From Candidatus Atelocyanobacterium thalassae (GTDB taxonomy: Bacteria; Cyanobacteriota; Cyanobacteriia; Cyanobacteriales; Microcystaceae): a stretch of 64,000 nucleotides of DNA. The DNA lies in NCBI GenBank assembly GCA_051971635.1, contig JBFPLN010000003.1, positions 480,001 to 544,000 on the forward strand. The letters run 5' to 3'. The position numbers were made by a program, and so were the translations under genes. Positions within the stretch are counted from its first letter, which is position 1. Every line of letters begins with the position of its first letter. The notes under the pieces were generated by a model. That model did no database searches, had not been told where the DNA came from, and saw only the letters and a list, made by a program, of their open reading frames with translations. Positions 1 to 10,374 of the stretch are shown here, piece by piece.

Positions 1-150
1 CCTATCGCTAATAAATCTTGTAATACAAGTTCACAAAAGCAACAAAATAAGGTTAATTCAGACCAAAATATTCTCTGCCCACATTGTAAAAGGACTAGTG
101 ATAATAATATTAAATGTAAAGGGATTTGTGTTTCAGATAATGATTATTAA
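1..150 (+). CDS. 3' end of a small conserved cyanobacterial Cys-rich protein (truncated by window edge)
   Basis: Frame 1 open from base 1: ...ILCPHCKRTSDNNIKCKGICVSDNDY*; CxxC-x9-CxxxC C-terminus resembles a recalled cyanobacterial hypothetical family; not in ORF track. Confidence 0.7.
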   Translation, partial: PIANKSCNTSSQKQQNKVNSDQNILCPHCKRTSDNNIKCKGICVSDNDY

Positions 151-293
151 TGTTCTTTAAGAATAGCTTAACTACAATCTTCCGCATTGAAGAATACATC
201 GTATGATATTCATGATTAATAATAGTCGACTAAATAAGTCTATGAGTATATTTTTGTTAGCCATAATAGATAAGACTAAGTATTTTTAACAAG

Positions 294-602
294 TTAAGAT
301 AAAAATTTATTTTTTATAAATTTAAAATAAAAAAAATATATCGAACCTAACAATAAACATATAGTCATCAAGGATATAATTAACTTTATAATACTGTTTA
401 TAATTGATAAGCTAATTACTAATCCTAAAAATATTACAATTATCTTAGACGAATTTTTAAGTTTAGCGTAGGATATTAATATTTTCCCTAAAAAGCTTTT
501 TTCGTTTTCATTTGTATTCAAAAAAGGTACTTTAATTGTTTCATTGTTTGATGTTGGCTTGGAGTTTTTGTATATTTTTTCTTTGTTATAGTGATTCGCC
601 AT
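294..602 (-). CDS. hypothetical membrane protein
   Basis: 102 aa ORF with two hydrophobic segments in its C-terminal half. Confidence 0.55.
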   Translation of the reverse strand: MANHYNKEKIYKNSKPTSNNETIKVPFLNTNENEKSFLGKILISYAKLKNSSKIIVIFLGLVISLSIINSIIKLIISLMTICLLLGSIYFFYFKFIKNKFLS

Positions 603-914
603 AAAATAATTATTCTAAACTTATAAGCATGTTTATGGGATATTCTAACATATTTAAAAGTTCTGAATATGTACAAAAAAGTATATATTAAACATTATAT
701 GTATTTTTTATACTAATAGTTAAAACAAGATTTTTTTATAGTTTTTATATGAATAGGATAATCTAATAATTTATTTTTTTAAAAAAGATAAATTATTAAC
801 CACAGTATAATAGGAATAGACCAAATACAATAATATAACTTTTCGTTATTAAATCTTTCACAATAAAAGTAATCTATAAAAGTAAATTATTTTTATTATC
901 TTTACTAATTATAA

Positions 915-1967
915 ATGATGTTAACTTCTATGAAATTTAATTTCCCATCTTCTAGCGATGTTCATAATGCTATTAACAATTCTGATATTTTTAATTTTAA
1001 TTTACCTAACCCAGAAGATATTGAAATAGAAGAAATAGATTTTCAAAAGCAACTAAATACAGTGTGGAAAGTTTGTGATCATTTTGATTTACAGACAGAC
1101 ATTTGGCGAGGTAGGATTTTAAGAGCAGCTCGTGATCGTGAAAAAAAGCAAGGTAACAATGCAAAAATAGGATTTGTACGTTGGCTAAAGGAGAGAGAAA
1201 TTTCAAAAAACCAAGCTTATAGGTTAATTCAATTAGCTGAAAGTGCTGACAAGCTACTTGAAGAAGGTGATTTGTCTACTGACTCTATTAATAATTTTAG
1301 TAAGCGTGCTTTTATAGAAACAGCAAAATCAAAGCCAGAAATACAAAAGATAATTAGCGAAGCAGCCAAAAATGGTGATCACATTACTTGTAGAGAAGTT
1401 AAGCAATTATCAAATGAGTGGAACACTATGAGTTCCGATTTATTACCTGGTAAAGTTAAAGAGAAAATTGAGCAAGGAGTATTAATGTCTCACCATGTAG
1501 CTCCATTAGTTCAAGCAATGGAAAACTTGCCTGATTGTCATTTAAAGAATATTCAAAAAGAAATCTATAAAAATTCTGAAATAGATAATATTAAGTCCTT
1601 AACCACAGATTCAAAAAACTTAGCCCAATGTTTAGAGGTTGCTGCACAGTTACAAGCTTTAAAGAATGAGAAGTTTCCTTTAGATATGGAAATGGTGCTA
1701 GAAGAGTCGATAAGATTAGAATGCTTAAATACTACTGTAGACTTGATTAAACAAGCTTCTCAACTAGAGCAAATAGTAGTAAAACTTTATATAGCTTGGA
1801 AACGTTTGGTAAATATTTCAGATAAATTATATGTAGATACGGGAGAAAGTAGCCCTAACTTAAGGTCTATGCTGTCATCTCTAGAGTCACTAAGCGGGGA
1901 AATTATCGAAGTACCACTTGATGAATTAAAAGAAAAGGTTATTAAACTAGGAATTCTCCCTGAATAA
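915..1967 (+). CDS. conserved cyanobacterial hypothetical protein
   Basis: 350 aa ORF with motifs WKVCDHFDLQTDIWRGRILRA and NNFSKRAFIETAK typical of a cyanobacterial hypothetical family. Confidence 0.8.
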   Translation: MMLTSMKFNFPSSSDVHNAINNSDIFNFNLPNPEDIEIEEIDFQKQLNTVWKVCDHFDLQTDIWRGRILRAARDREKKQGNNAKIGFVRWLKEREISKNQAYRLIQLAESADKLLEEGDLSTDSINNFSKRAFIETAKSKPEIQKIISEAAKNGDHITCREVKQLSNEWNTMSSDLLPGKVKEKIEQGVLMSHHVAPLVQAMENLPDCHLKNIQKEIYKNSEIDNIKSLTTDSKNLAQCLEVAAQLQALKNEKFPLDMEMVLEESIRLECLNTTVDLIKQASQLEQIVVKLYIAWKRLVNISDKLYVDTGESSPNLRSMLSSLESLSGEIIEVPLDELKEKVIKLGILPE

Positions 1968-2120
1968 ATAGTATTTTTCTTATAACTAATCATATTGAGG
2001 GGTCTTCATATAAAAACTGATATATAGGAATAAATTGTTACCAGAGACATATGAAGATCATATAATAATTAAACGATAGCGGTTCCTATATAATATTAAG
2101 AACCAATATCGTTTGAATGA

Positions 2121-2193
2121 TGCCAGGAGGCGGGCTTGAACCGCCGACACGAGGATTTTCAGTCCACTGCTCTACCAACTGAGCTATCCCGGC
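2121..2193 (-). tRNA. trnF: tRNA-Phe (GAA), CCA not encoded
   Basis: Reverse complement GCCGGGATAGCTCAGTTGGTAGAGCAGTGGACTGAAAATCCTCGTGTCGGCGGTTCAAGCCCGCCTCCTGGCA folds as a cloverleaf, anticodon GAA. Confidence 0.97.
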
Positions 2194-2220
2194 ATGGCTC
2201 TTATTTAAGTGCCACAAACA

Positions 2221-2249
2221 ATGATAGCAAATTTTTTTTCTTGTTGCAA
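2221..2249 (-). promoter_or_regulatory. sigma70-type promoter of tRNA-Phe
   Basis: Minus strand TTGCAA-17 nt-TATCAT with extended TGn, 27 nt upstream of the tRNA. Confidence 0.7.
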
Positions 2250-2676
2250 TAGTATTTACAATTTTTCATATATAGATATATTTGCTCAGAAGGTCTGAAA
2301 ATAAAAAGAATAGCCCCAGTACAATGCTTATATAGGTTTTGAAGACTGCTCAAGCAAATATGAATTATTTGTCTAGTAAAAACTAAAAGTATCAGATTAT
2401 CATTAATAATCAAAATTTTTTAAATTTACCATTATTTCTTTTTGCCATAAATATTTAAAATAAACTTCAGTTTCAAATGATATGAATAGTCTATATACAA
2501 AGCCTAATACAGATACTTGTATGAAATTTCTAGTTCGTATTTTTACAAATCAGAAATTATGACTGCTATACTTAATAGGTACATAATCTTCTGTAATAAA
2601 TATCTCTAATTACAAAAAATCGTTTCTTAATGTAAATTTAGAGATAAGACTAAAATTATTTTATTAAATTAGTATT

Positions 2677-3021
2677 ATGAATGGAGACAAAGTTAACACA
2701 GAAAATAATGACTGGATTAGACAACTAGTGCTTATGGGAATTGGCACAACTTCAATGGCTGCTGAAAAATTAAAAGAAGCCAGTGAAGAGTGGGTAAAAG
2801 AGGGCAAAATTAATCCTGACCAGGCTCAGGGTTTTGTTGACGAGCTATTAGGTCAAATCAAAATCGGACAGAATAGTCTTGAAATCAATATAGAACGGGA
2901 AATTCGTAATATTTTACGAGATCTAGGTGTTCCAAGACAGTCAGAAATAGATGAACTAAGAGGAAGGATTGATCGCTTAGAACATCAAGTCAGAGATTTA
3001 GAAAATAAGTCATGGAATTAA
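2677..3021 (+). CDS. phasin-like (PHA granule-associated family) coiled-coil protein
   Basis: LMGIGTTS...LGVPRQSEIDELRGRIDRLE pattern of cyanobacterial phasin-family proteins. Confidence 0.75.
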   Translation: MNGDKVNTENNDWIRQLVLMGIGTTSMAAEKLKEASEEWVKEGKINPDQAQGFVDELLGQIKIGQNSLEINIEREIRNILRDLGVPRQSEIDELRGRIDRLEHQVRDLENKSWN

Positions 3022-3208
3022 AAAGATTCAATCTAAAAAAGAAATTCTGCAAGAGACTTCTATTGATTTAGATATTGTCATAATTTCAAGTCTATCCTTA
3101 CTATTAAGTTTTATTATTAATAATCTGAAGAGTTATGAGTCTAATTAAGCCCTAAAAAGCAAGTATACTCACACTTTACTAAATATTGTTAACAAAGAAC
3201 TAAAAAAT

Positions 3209-3562
3209 ATGAATTTAGAAAAAATTATTACTACTGCCTCAGGACTACAGTATATCGATATTAAAGATGGCAGTGGGATGAACCCCACTGCTGGTCAATT
3301 TGTTTCTGTTCATTATATAGGAACTCTCGAAAATGGTAAAAAATTTGACAGTTCCTATGACCGTAATCAAGCTTTTTCCTTTAAGATAGGTATTGGACAA
3401 GTAATTAAAGGTTGGGATGAGGGAGTCTCTTCTATGAAAACTGGAGGACAAAGAAAATTAATTATTCCATCTGTTTTAGGATATGGTTCGAGAGGGGCAG
3501 GCAACGTAATTCCTCCTAATGCTGTACTAATTTTTGATATTGAATTATTGAATATAAAATAA
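3209..3562 (+). CDS. FKBP-type peptidyl-prolyl cis-trans isomerase (no N-terminal targeting segment)
   Basis: VHYIGTLENGKKFDSS, GQVIKGWDEG and IPPNAVLIFDIELL FKBP motifs. Confidence 0.95.
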   Translation: MNLEKIITTASGLQYIDIKDGSGMNPTAGQFVSVHYIGTLENGKKFDSSYDRNQAFSFKIGIGQVIKGWDEGVSSMKTGGQRKLIIPSVLGYGSRGAGNVIPPNAVLIFDIELLNIK

Positions 3563-3581
3563 TTGTAGAGATCTGTATCAG

Positions 3582-3617
3582 GATTAGGATAAGTATTAAT
3601 TATTACTTACCCTAATC
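3582..3617. terminator. imperfect inverted repeat after FKBP gene
   Basis: GATTAGGATAAGTA...TACTTACCCTAATC, about 20 nt after the stop. Confidence 0.55.
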
Positions 3618-3936
3618 TAGCTGTAATTTTTTTGATAATAAAGATATTAGATTATCTCTTAAGTAACTTTAAGAAGATTTTTTACTTTTAAATTCATATA
3701 AAGTTATTTATAAAAATATAAACTAATAATCCCATAGTAGAAAATAGATAGATAATTCTTTACTAAAAATCATAAATTAGGCTAGAATAATTTAGCTTAT
3801 AATTATATAAATGATACTGATTACTTTAACAGATGTAATTGTAAGATAACTTGTTCTAGTTTTAGTTTTGGCTGATACTGAGAAAACATGACTAAATTCT
3901 TACCATGTACTCCTATCTAAATATACAGGTAAAATT

Positions 3937-5283
3937 ATGCAATTTTCCAAAATATTAATTGCCAATCGCGGGGAAATAGCTTTACGAATTTTACATAGTT
4001 GTGAAGAACTTGGTATTAAGACAGTAGCTGTTCATTCTACAATAGATCGTCAATCATTACATGTTCAGTTAGCTGATGAAAGTATTTGTATTGGTCCACC
4101 TTCAAGTAGTAAAAGTTATCTAAATATTCCTAATATTATTTCAGCTGCTTTAACTCATAATGCCACAGCGATTCATCCTGGTTATGGATTTTTATCTGAA
4201 AATGCAAGATTTGCAGAAATCTGTGCCGATCATAAAATAGTATTTATTGGTCCTTCTCCTGAGGTAATTTATGCTATGGGAGATAAATCAACTGCAAAAA
4301 AAACAATGCAGAAAGCTGGAGTTCCAACTATCCCTGGTAGCTGGGGACTACTAGAAAGTCAAGAAAATGCATTAAGTATTGCTCGCGATATTGGTTATCC
4401 CGTAATCATTAAAGCTACAGCAGGTGGTGGTGGACGGGGAATGCGTTTGGTGCGAGAAGAGAGTGAATTTTCTAAATCATTTCAAGCAGCACAAAGAGAA
4501 GCAGAAGCATTTTTTGGCAATTCTAGTGTCTACCTAGAAAAATTTATTGAACATCCACGTCATATTGAGTTTCAAATTTTAGCGGATAGTTATGGGAACA
4601 TCGTTCATTTAGGAGAAAGGGATTGTTCCATTCAGCGCCGACATCAAAAGCTGTTAGAGGAGGCGCCCAGTCCATTTTTAACTCCCCAACTTAGGAAAAA
4701 AATGGGAGATGCTGCAATCAAAGCCGCAAAATCCATAAATTATGTTGGAGCCGGTACTATCGAATTTTTAGTAGATAGTCAAAATAACTTTTACTTTATG
4801 GAAATGAATACTCGTATTCAAGTAGAGCATCCAGTAACAGAAATGATTACCGGATTAGATTTGATTACGAAGCAAATTTCTATTGCTCAAGGAGAAAAAT
4901 TACAATTAAAGCAAAGCGATATTATATTAAAAGGTCATTCAATAGAATGCCGTATTAATGCTGAGGATCCAAATTTAAACTTCCGTCCTTATCCTGGTAA
5001 AATAAGCGGTTATCTTCCTCCTGGAGGGCCAGGAGTTAGAATGGACTCTCATATCTATACTGATTACGAAATTCCACCATACTATGATTCTTTAATTGGA
5101 AAGTTAATTGTCTGGGGACCAGATCGTTTAACTGCCATTAAAAGAATGAAAAGAGCATTAAAAGAATGTGCTATCACTGGAGTTCCAACTACAATTGACT
5201 TCCATAAAAAAGTAATAGAGATACCAGCATTTTTAGCAGGAGAAACATATACTAACTTTATTGAAGAAAATCTAAAAAGTTAA
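3937..5283 (+). CDS. accC: acetyl-CoA carboxylase biotin carboxylase subunit
   Basis: [41 protein letters not shown]. Confidence 0.98.
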   Translation: MQFSKILIANRGEIALRILHSCEELGIKTVAVHSTIDRQSLHVQLADESICIGPPSSSKSYLNIPNIISAALTHNATAIHPGYGFLSENARFAEICADHKIVFIGPSPEVIYAMGDKSTAKKTMQKAGVPTIPGSWGLLESQENALSIARDIGYPVIIKATAGGGGRGMRLVREESEFSKSFQAAQREAEAFFGNSSVYLEKFIEHPRHIEFQILADSYGNIVHLGERDCSIQRRHQKLLEEAPSPFLTPQLRKKMGDAAIKAAKSINYVGAGTIEFLVDSQNNFYFMEMNTRIQVEHPVTEMITGLDLITKQISIAQGEKLQLKQSDIILKGHSIECRINAEDPNLNFRPYPGKISGYLPPGGPGVRMDSHIYTDYEIPPYYDSLIGKLIVWGPDRLTAIKRMKRALKECAITGVPTTIDFHKKVIEIPAFLAGETYTNFIEENLKS

Positions 5284-5380
5284 CAATACTTTTTTAGTAA
5301 TATCTATTGACATACTCAAAAGTTAATTCTTTAGTCTAGTTGCTAGCTAATAATATGAAGAGCTTTTTATTTATTAATTT

Positions 5381-6874
5381 TTATGTCAGTGGAAAGAAAA
5401 TGGCAAAAGTTTCTTCTCTTCTTGAACGTTGACGAACAATTAATTTGCCACCTAACCGATGAAAAAGATTTTTTGTTACATCTAAGTTTAAGCTAACACT
5501 ACCTGTTTCAGGTTGTAACATTAATACTTGCCCCAAAGCTTCAAGAGGATTATATCGTCCATAAGATTCTGTCTGAAATTGTAATTTTAATTGATGTCCT
5601 GCAGTACTAACCTGAATTCTAATTAAGCCCTGACCAGAAAGGCTCCGGGTACACTTTTCAATTAGAGATGTTAAAACCTTGTCTAGCATTCGAGGATCAC
5701 TAACTACTTGAGGTAATGTTTTAGGTAATCCTATGTCAAGATATATATTTCGACGCTGTGCTTGTTTTTTCCAGCGGGGAATACATCTGTTTAACAAAGT
5801 TTCTAAAGAAGTCTTTACCAATTCAACAGATGAGTTTTGATAGTTTTTACTTTTTAGTTCAGTAGCTCGAAAAATCAATTCCATTCGGTTAATCTGTTCA
5901 CTACATTCTTGATCTATATTTTCTAATAATTGAGTTATTTTTGGTTCTAAATCTTGGTATTTAAGGAGTAATCTAGTCATCGTTCGAATACTTGTTAAAG
6001 GGGTACGAACCTCATGACTTAATGCTCTCAATAAATCTAGGTCATTTGCTTTCTCAACATTGAGGGAAATATTTTTAGATAAATGATTCTTTTCATTTAT
6101 TGCGTCTAAATCTTTATTACATAGATTTTTCTTATAAATTATTGTTGATATAGAAGTAAAATTGTGGAGTAGCAGACGACTAAATTCTTCAATAACTTGG
6201 CAACGAGGAAAGACAGGAATAAATTTTTGAACTAATTGATCTAACTCAAATAATTGAGAGTAATTTAACGTATCAAGACCAAAACGGAGTCTGAGCCATC
6301 CTTTATAGTTCACTTCCGGATCGAATGTAAATTGAAATGTAGGAAAACCTAAAGAATTTTCTCCTAAAACTATCATTAAAGAAAACTGAGAAGTTAAAAT
6401 CAAACAAAATTGTTCAGATGCAAGAGAATCTTGTGGAAGTATAGGTAATTCCATCACACTTAAAGTATTAGAATTAATTTGACTAGAACAATTTATGTCT
6501 GCAGGCAATTTAAATTGCTTCCAGAGATTGAGGGTGTTGGTTTGTAAAGTAAAAATTCCGGTATGTAATATTTTTATGAGAGCAGGGTGGCATAGGATTG
6601 GAGTCGGAGCCGATAATATAATTCCTTGGCAAATTTCTTCATTGACTATGATTGGTTCTAAATAAGATAAAAGTAATGTTTCTAGAGCAGAAATCGAACT
6701 TACCCATTTTCCTTGTGCTTCTATACGTGCCTGCTTAATATCAATAGTATGTGATTGAAATAAATGGGATTCGACTTTTACCTTACTATAATCATTTATA
6801 ATTTTGCTAAGATTATCTAGGGAAGTCTCAGAAGTATCCATAAATTTCTCTTGATTTAATTCTTTAACTCTCAT
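5381..6874 (-). CDS. cytoplasmic sensor histidine kinase, Hik34-like
   Basis: H-box LSHEVRTPLTSIR; C-terminal HATPase-like region with degenerate G boxes; no TM segments. Confidence 0.8.
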   Translation of the reverse strand: MRVKELNQEKFMDTSETSLDNLSKIINDYSKVKVESHLFQSHTIDIKQARIEAQGKWVSSISALETLLLSYLEPIIVNEEICQGIILSAPTPILCHPALIKILHTGIFTLQTNTLNLWKQFKLPADINCSSQINSNTLSVMELPILPQDSLASEQFCLILTSQFSLMIVLGENSLGFPTFQFTFDPEVNYKGWLRLRFGLDTLNYSQLFELDQLVQKFIPVFPRCQVIEEFSRLLLHNFTSISTIIYKKNLCNKDLDAINEKNHLSKNISLNVEKANDLDLLRALSHEVRTPLTSIRTMTRLLLKYQDLEPKITQLLENIDQECSEQINRMELIFRATELKSKNYQNSSVELVKTSLETLLNRCIPRWKKQAQRRNIYLDIGLPKTLPQVVSDPRMLDKVLTSLIEKCTRSLSGQGLIRIQVSTAGHQLKLQFQTESYGRYNPLEALGQVLMLQPETGSVSLNLDVTKNLFHRLGGKLIVRQRSRREETFAIFFPLT

Positions 6875-7023
6875 ACTTTTATGGTTCTAGAGAAAATTAT
6901 AAGGTAGACACACAACAGAGGCTAATAATAAAGTAGAGTTTATTTTTGCTAAAATTGAATACCTTCTATAATTTTTGTACTTTTGTCAAAGAGACTAAAA
7001 TTTTAACATATTAGACAAAAAAA

Positions 7024-7676
7024 TTAGGTAATTATCTGATCAAAGATGTAATGCAGGATACTATCATCATTTTTTGGTGAAATGCTTAGGATTTTACCAA
7101 TATAACCTAACCAATCTTTATAAGCCTTTTTCAATAGATATGTGCTTCTTATCGAAGCCCTCATTAGAAAGTTTTTTTACAGTATTCTTTATTTGTAATA
7201 TAGTTTTTTAAAACTCGAATTTTTACTAAAACTAATAATTTTTTCCTTTATATTCATAAACTACTTGATAGCTTTGAGGAGGTGAAGGTAGCAAGTATTG
7301 ATAATATATTTCTGAATTATCTCAAGAAGTAAAAAAACTCTCAAAACTAACAATTATTAATTTAGATTATGCTTTAGGTAAAATAAAAATGTGTCGTTAA
7401 TACTTCCATGACTTCCACAATATAATTCAATTAGATAGAGCTAGGAAAAATCATACCTTAAATCCAAATATAATGTACTGTACCTGACAGATTTTTTATA
7501 TTCTTGTTAAGTGAAACTTCCTTATCAAGTTTAAGAACATAACAATTAAAAAAAACATATATCTGAAGTTTGTCGTAATTATAACTTCAGAAATTTTGTT
7601 TTCATTTAAAGGTTACACTAAATCTTAAAAAAATACGACGAGTATTTATAGATTCTTTTTACAAGCGTAAGCCGTA
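7024..7676 (-). pseudogene. decayed HAS-barrel domain protein gene
   Basis: Residual peptides YQYLLPSPPQSYQVVYE (7253-7303) and DWLGYIGKILSISPKNDDSILHYIFDQIIT* (7024-7116) match recalled family motifs; position right after ndhS; many stops and frameshifts; 5' end approximate. Confidence 0.7.
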
Positions 7677-7695
7677 ATACTTTTAAACTATATAG

Positions 7696-7896
7696 CTACT
7701 TTTTTTCTTTAACTTTGGTTTTGGAAGTAATTGCCTCAATTTCGGACAAAGGAAAAGTAACTAACTTACTCCAATTTCCTCCTTCAAACAAAACAGCAGC
7801 TTTTCCATCGCTGACTCTTTGTACTAAACCTATAAAACAATAATAAGTATCGTCAGGATTAATAATTTTTACAGTTGTCCCTGGTAGAATTAACAT
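7696..7896 (-). CDS. ndhS: NDH-1 subunit S
   Basis: [39 protein letters not shown]; start moved to ATG at 7896. Confidence 0.95.
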   Translation of the reverse strand: MLILPGTTVKIINPDDTYYCFIGLVQRVSDGKAAVLFEGGNWSKLVTFPLSEIEAITSKTKVKEKK

Positions 7897-8391
7897 TGTT
7901 CTCTCACAATATACTAGTTCATATTTATATTTTAGCAGATTACATTTCAACTCAACTTGAAGTTAAGATTTTTCAAGTATATTATTCTAAATAAATTATA
8001 TAAAAGTTTCTTAATTTTATTTTGTTATTAGTTAATACTATTTATCTAAAATATAAACTAATAGAATTAACGTTTTTTAAAATAACATCTTATAGAACTT
8101 ATATCGTTGAAAGTAAATATATTTTATGTTTTCAACTATGTCCTAATTTATGAAAGAGACTTATTTTTTGTAAAACAGTAAATATAATACTTGCATTAGT
8201 GTTATAGAATATTATTTATATTTTTTAAACTAGTCAAAATATAATAAAGGTGTTTCATTACTTATTCTAATTTCAAGTTAAATAAGCTCGAAATGCTTGT
8301 ATTAAATTTAATTAGTTATTTTCCTCTATCAACTTATCTTTTCATTGACATGTTACGATGAAAATCTTTTACTAGGTATGACAGTTTTATT

Positions 8392-10191
8392 ATGTCTATT
8401 CCACCCATTGTTTTAACATTAATAATTCTATTTTCGGCTCTAATTAGTTTTATTTTTGAGTTCTTTCCTGCAGATACTACAGCCATCGGAATTATGGTTA
8501 TCTTAATTGTATGTGGATTAGTAACTCCTGAAGAAGGTACATCTGGTTTTAGTAATTCTGCAACTATTACTGTAATGGCTATGTTTATTTTAAGTGGTGG
8601 GATTACTAGAACTGGAGGATTACAAGTTGTTAGAGATATCTTATTTCAGATTGGAGGAAAGAATTTAAAGAAGCAGATTGTTCTCATGGGGCTTATGGTA
8701 GGCTCTATTAGCGCTTTTATTAACAACACTGCAGTAGTTGCTGTTTTTTTGCCAATAATAGAGGCTTTTGGTAAAAAACAAAAAATTTCTTTGTCAAAAT
8801 TGCTAATTCCACTATCTTATACAGCTATTTTAGGAGGAGTTATCACTACGATTGGAACCTCTACTAATATATTAGCAAGTGGGCTATCAAAACAGTTGGG
8901 CTATGGAGAGTTTAGTATATTTTTAATTACCCCTATAGGAATTCCTGTATTTATTGTTGGACTAATATATTTAACTTTTTTTAGCTCTCGAATATTGCCA
9001 GATTGTAAATCAATTAATGATGATGGTTTTAATGTTGACTATGGAATGAAAGATTATGTTAGCGAAATTATTATTACCCCACGTTCTAACTTAGTCGGAC
9101 AAAGTCTACGCCAAAGTAAGATTCAGAGAAAGTTTGATATTGATGTATTAGAAATAATTCATAATAATATTCATTTTCCACAACCTTTAGCTGATAGGAT
9201 TTTATCATTAGGAGACATATTATTAGTTCGTGGAAGCAAAGAAGATTTATTACAGATTAGGGACGAAAAAGGAGTTGATATTTTAGCTAATATCAAATTT
9301 CATAAAAGGCAATTTAAAGATGAAATTAACTATAGAGAAGATAAAATAGCTGAAGTTCTTATATTATCCAATTCAAGATTAATAGGCTCTACATTAAAAG
9401 ATTTGCGTTTCCGTCAGAGGTATAATGCTACCGTGATTGCTATTCGTAGAGGAGAAGAGTTATTACGAACCAGATTAGGTAAAGTACGTCTAAAATTTGG
9501 AGATTTGTTACTAGTTCAAGGTCCAAAAGAAAGTTTTATTGGATTGCAGACAACACGCGAACTATTAGTTCTTGAGGAAAGAGATATAGAAACTTTACGA
9601 CAAAGTAAAGCTTATATAGCTATTGCCATCATTTTTGGCGTTGTTACTATTGCCGCATTAGAAATATTACCAATTTTAGTTAGCAGTCTAGTAGGTGTCA
9701 TACTAATGATTTTTACTGGATGTCTTAAGCCTGGAGAGATTTATGGTACAGTTCGTTGGGATATTATTTTTTTGTTGGCAGGTCTGATTCCTTTAGGAAT
9801 TGCCATGGAAAAATCTGGGACTAACTATTGGATAGCCCAGCATATTATTAGTATGGGGAATTATATCCCTGGTTATTTAGTCTTGGTTCTTTTTTATTTT
9901 GTTACTGCCTTATTTACTGAAATACTTTCAAATAATACATCTGTTTTACTAATGCTACCAGTCGCTGTTGAGGTAGCAGAAGGCTTTGGCTTTAATCCTA
10001 TTTCCTTTATGTTAGTAGTAATGTTTGCAGCTTCTAATAGTTTTATTACTCCCATAGGATATCAAACAAATACTATGGTTTATGTACCTGGGGGATATCG
10101 TTTCTTAGATTTTACTCGTGTTGGGTTACCTCTGACTTTTATGTTTACTTTTTTAGTGCCATTTCTTGTTAAATGTATATACGGAATCTAA
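8392..10191 (+). CDS. SLC13-family permease with TrkA-C domains (Na+/sulfate or dicarboxylate symporter-like)
   Basis: SAFINNT, TIGTSTN and TPIGYQTN motifs; many TM helices flanking two TrkA-C-like repeats. Confidence 0.9.
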   Translation: MSIPPIVLTLIILFSALISFIFEFFPADTTAIGIMVILIVCGLVTPEEGTSGFSNSATITVMAMFILSGGITRTGGLQVVRDILFQIGGKNLKKQIVLMGLMVGSISAFINNTAVVAVFLPIIEAFGKKQKISLSKLLIPLSYTAILGGVITTIGTSTNILASGLSKQLGYGEFSIFLITPIGIPVFIVGLIYLTFFSSRILPDCKSINDDGFNVDYGMKDYVSEIIITPRSNLVGQSLRQSKIQRKFDIDVLEIIHNNIHFPQPLADRILSLGDILLVRGSKEDLLQIRDEKGVDILANIKFHKRQFKDEINYREDKIAEVLILSNSRLIGSTLKDLRFRQRYNATVIAIRRGEELLRTRLGKVRLKFGDLLLVQGPKESFIGLQTTRELLVLEERDIETLRQSKAYIAIAIIFGVVTIAALEILPILVSSLVGVILMIFTGCLKPGEIYGTVRWDIIFLLAGLIPLGIAMEKSGTNYWIAQHIISMGNYIPGYLVLVLFYFVTALFTEILSNNTSVLLMLPVAVEVAEGFGFNPISFMLVVMFAASNSFITPIGYQTNTMVYVPGGYRFLDFTRVGLPLTFMFTFLVPFLVKCIYGI

Positions 10192-10246
10192 TACTATTAC
10201 TTTTTAATACCATAAAAAGTAGCTTTTTTAGTCTAAATCGTTATTT

Positions 10247-10286
10247 TTAAAAGTGTCATATATTATTAAATATATGACACTTTTAA
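10247..10286. terminator. perfect 18-bp inverted repeat
   Basis: TTAAAAGTGTCATATATT-atta-AATATATGACACTTTTAA downstream of the SLC13 gene. Confidence 0.7.
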
Positions 10287-10374
10287 GTTAATTAGAATAT
10301 GTATAAATCAAGTTTTATAAGATAGATCAATAGTTATTATGTTCCAATTTTCTTATTAAAGGTTTAATGGTAAA

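Noticed and set aside
2201..2413. 70-aa ORF upstream of tRNA-Phe
   Set aside because: Runs through the tRNA promoter and has no motif; more likely chance or relic DNA
5381..5700. Degenerate ATP-binding boxes in the histidine kinase as evidence of decay
   Set aside because: Appears to be a family trait of Hik34-like kinases, not specific to this genome
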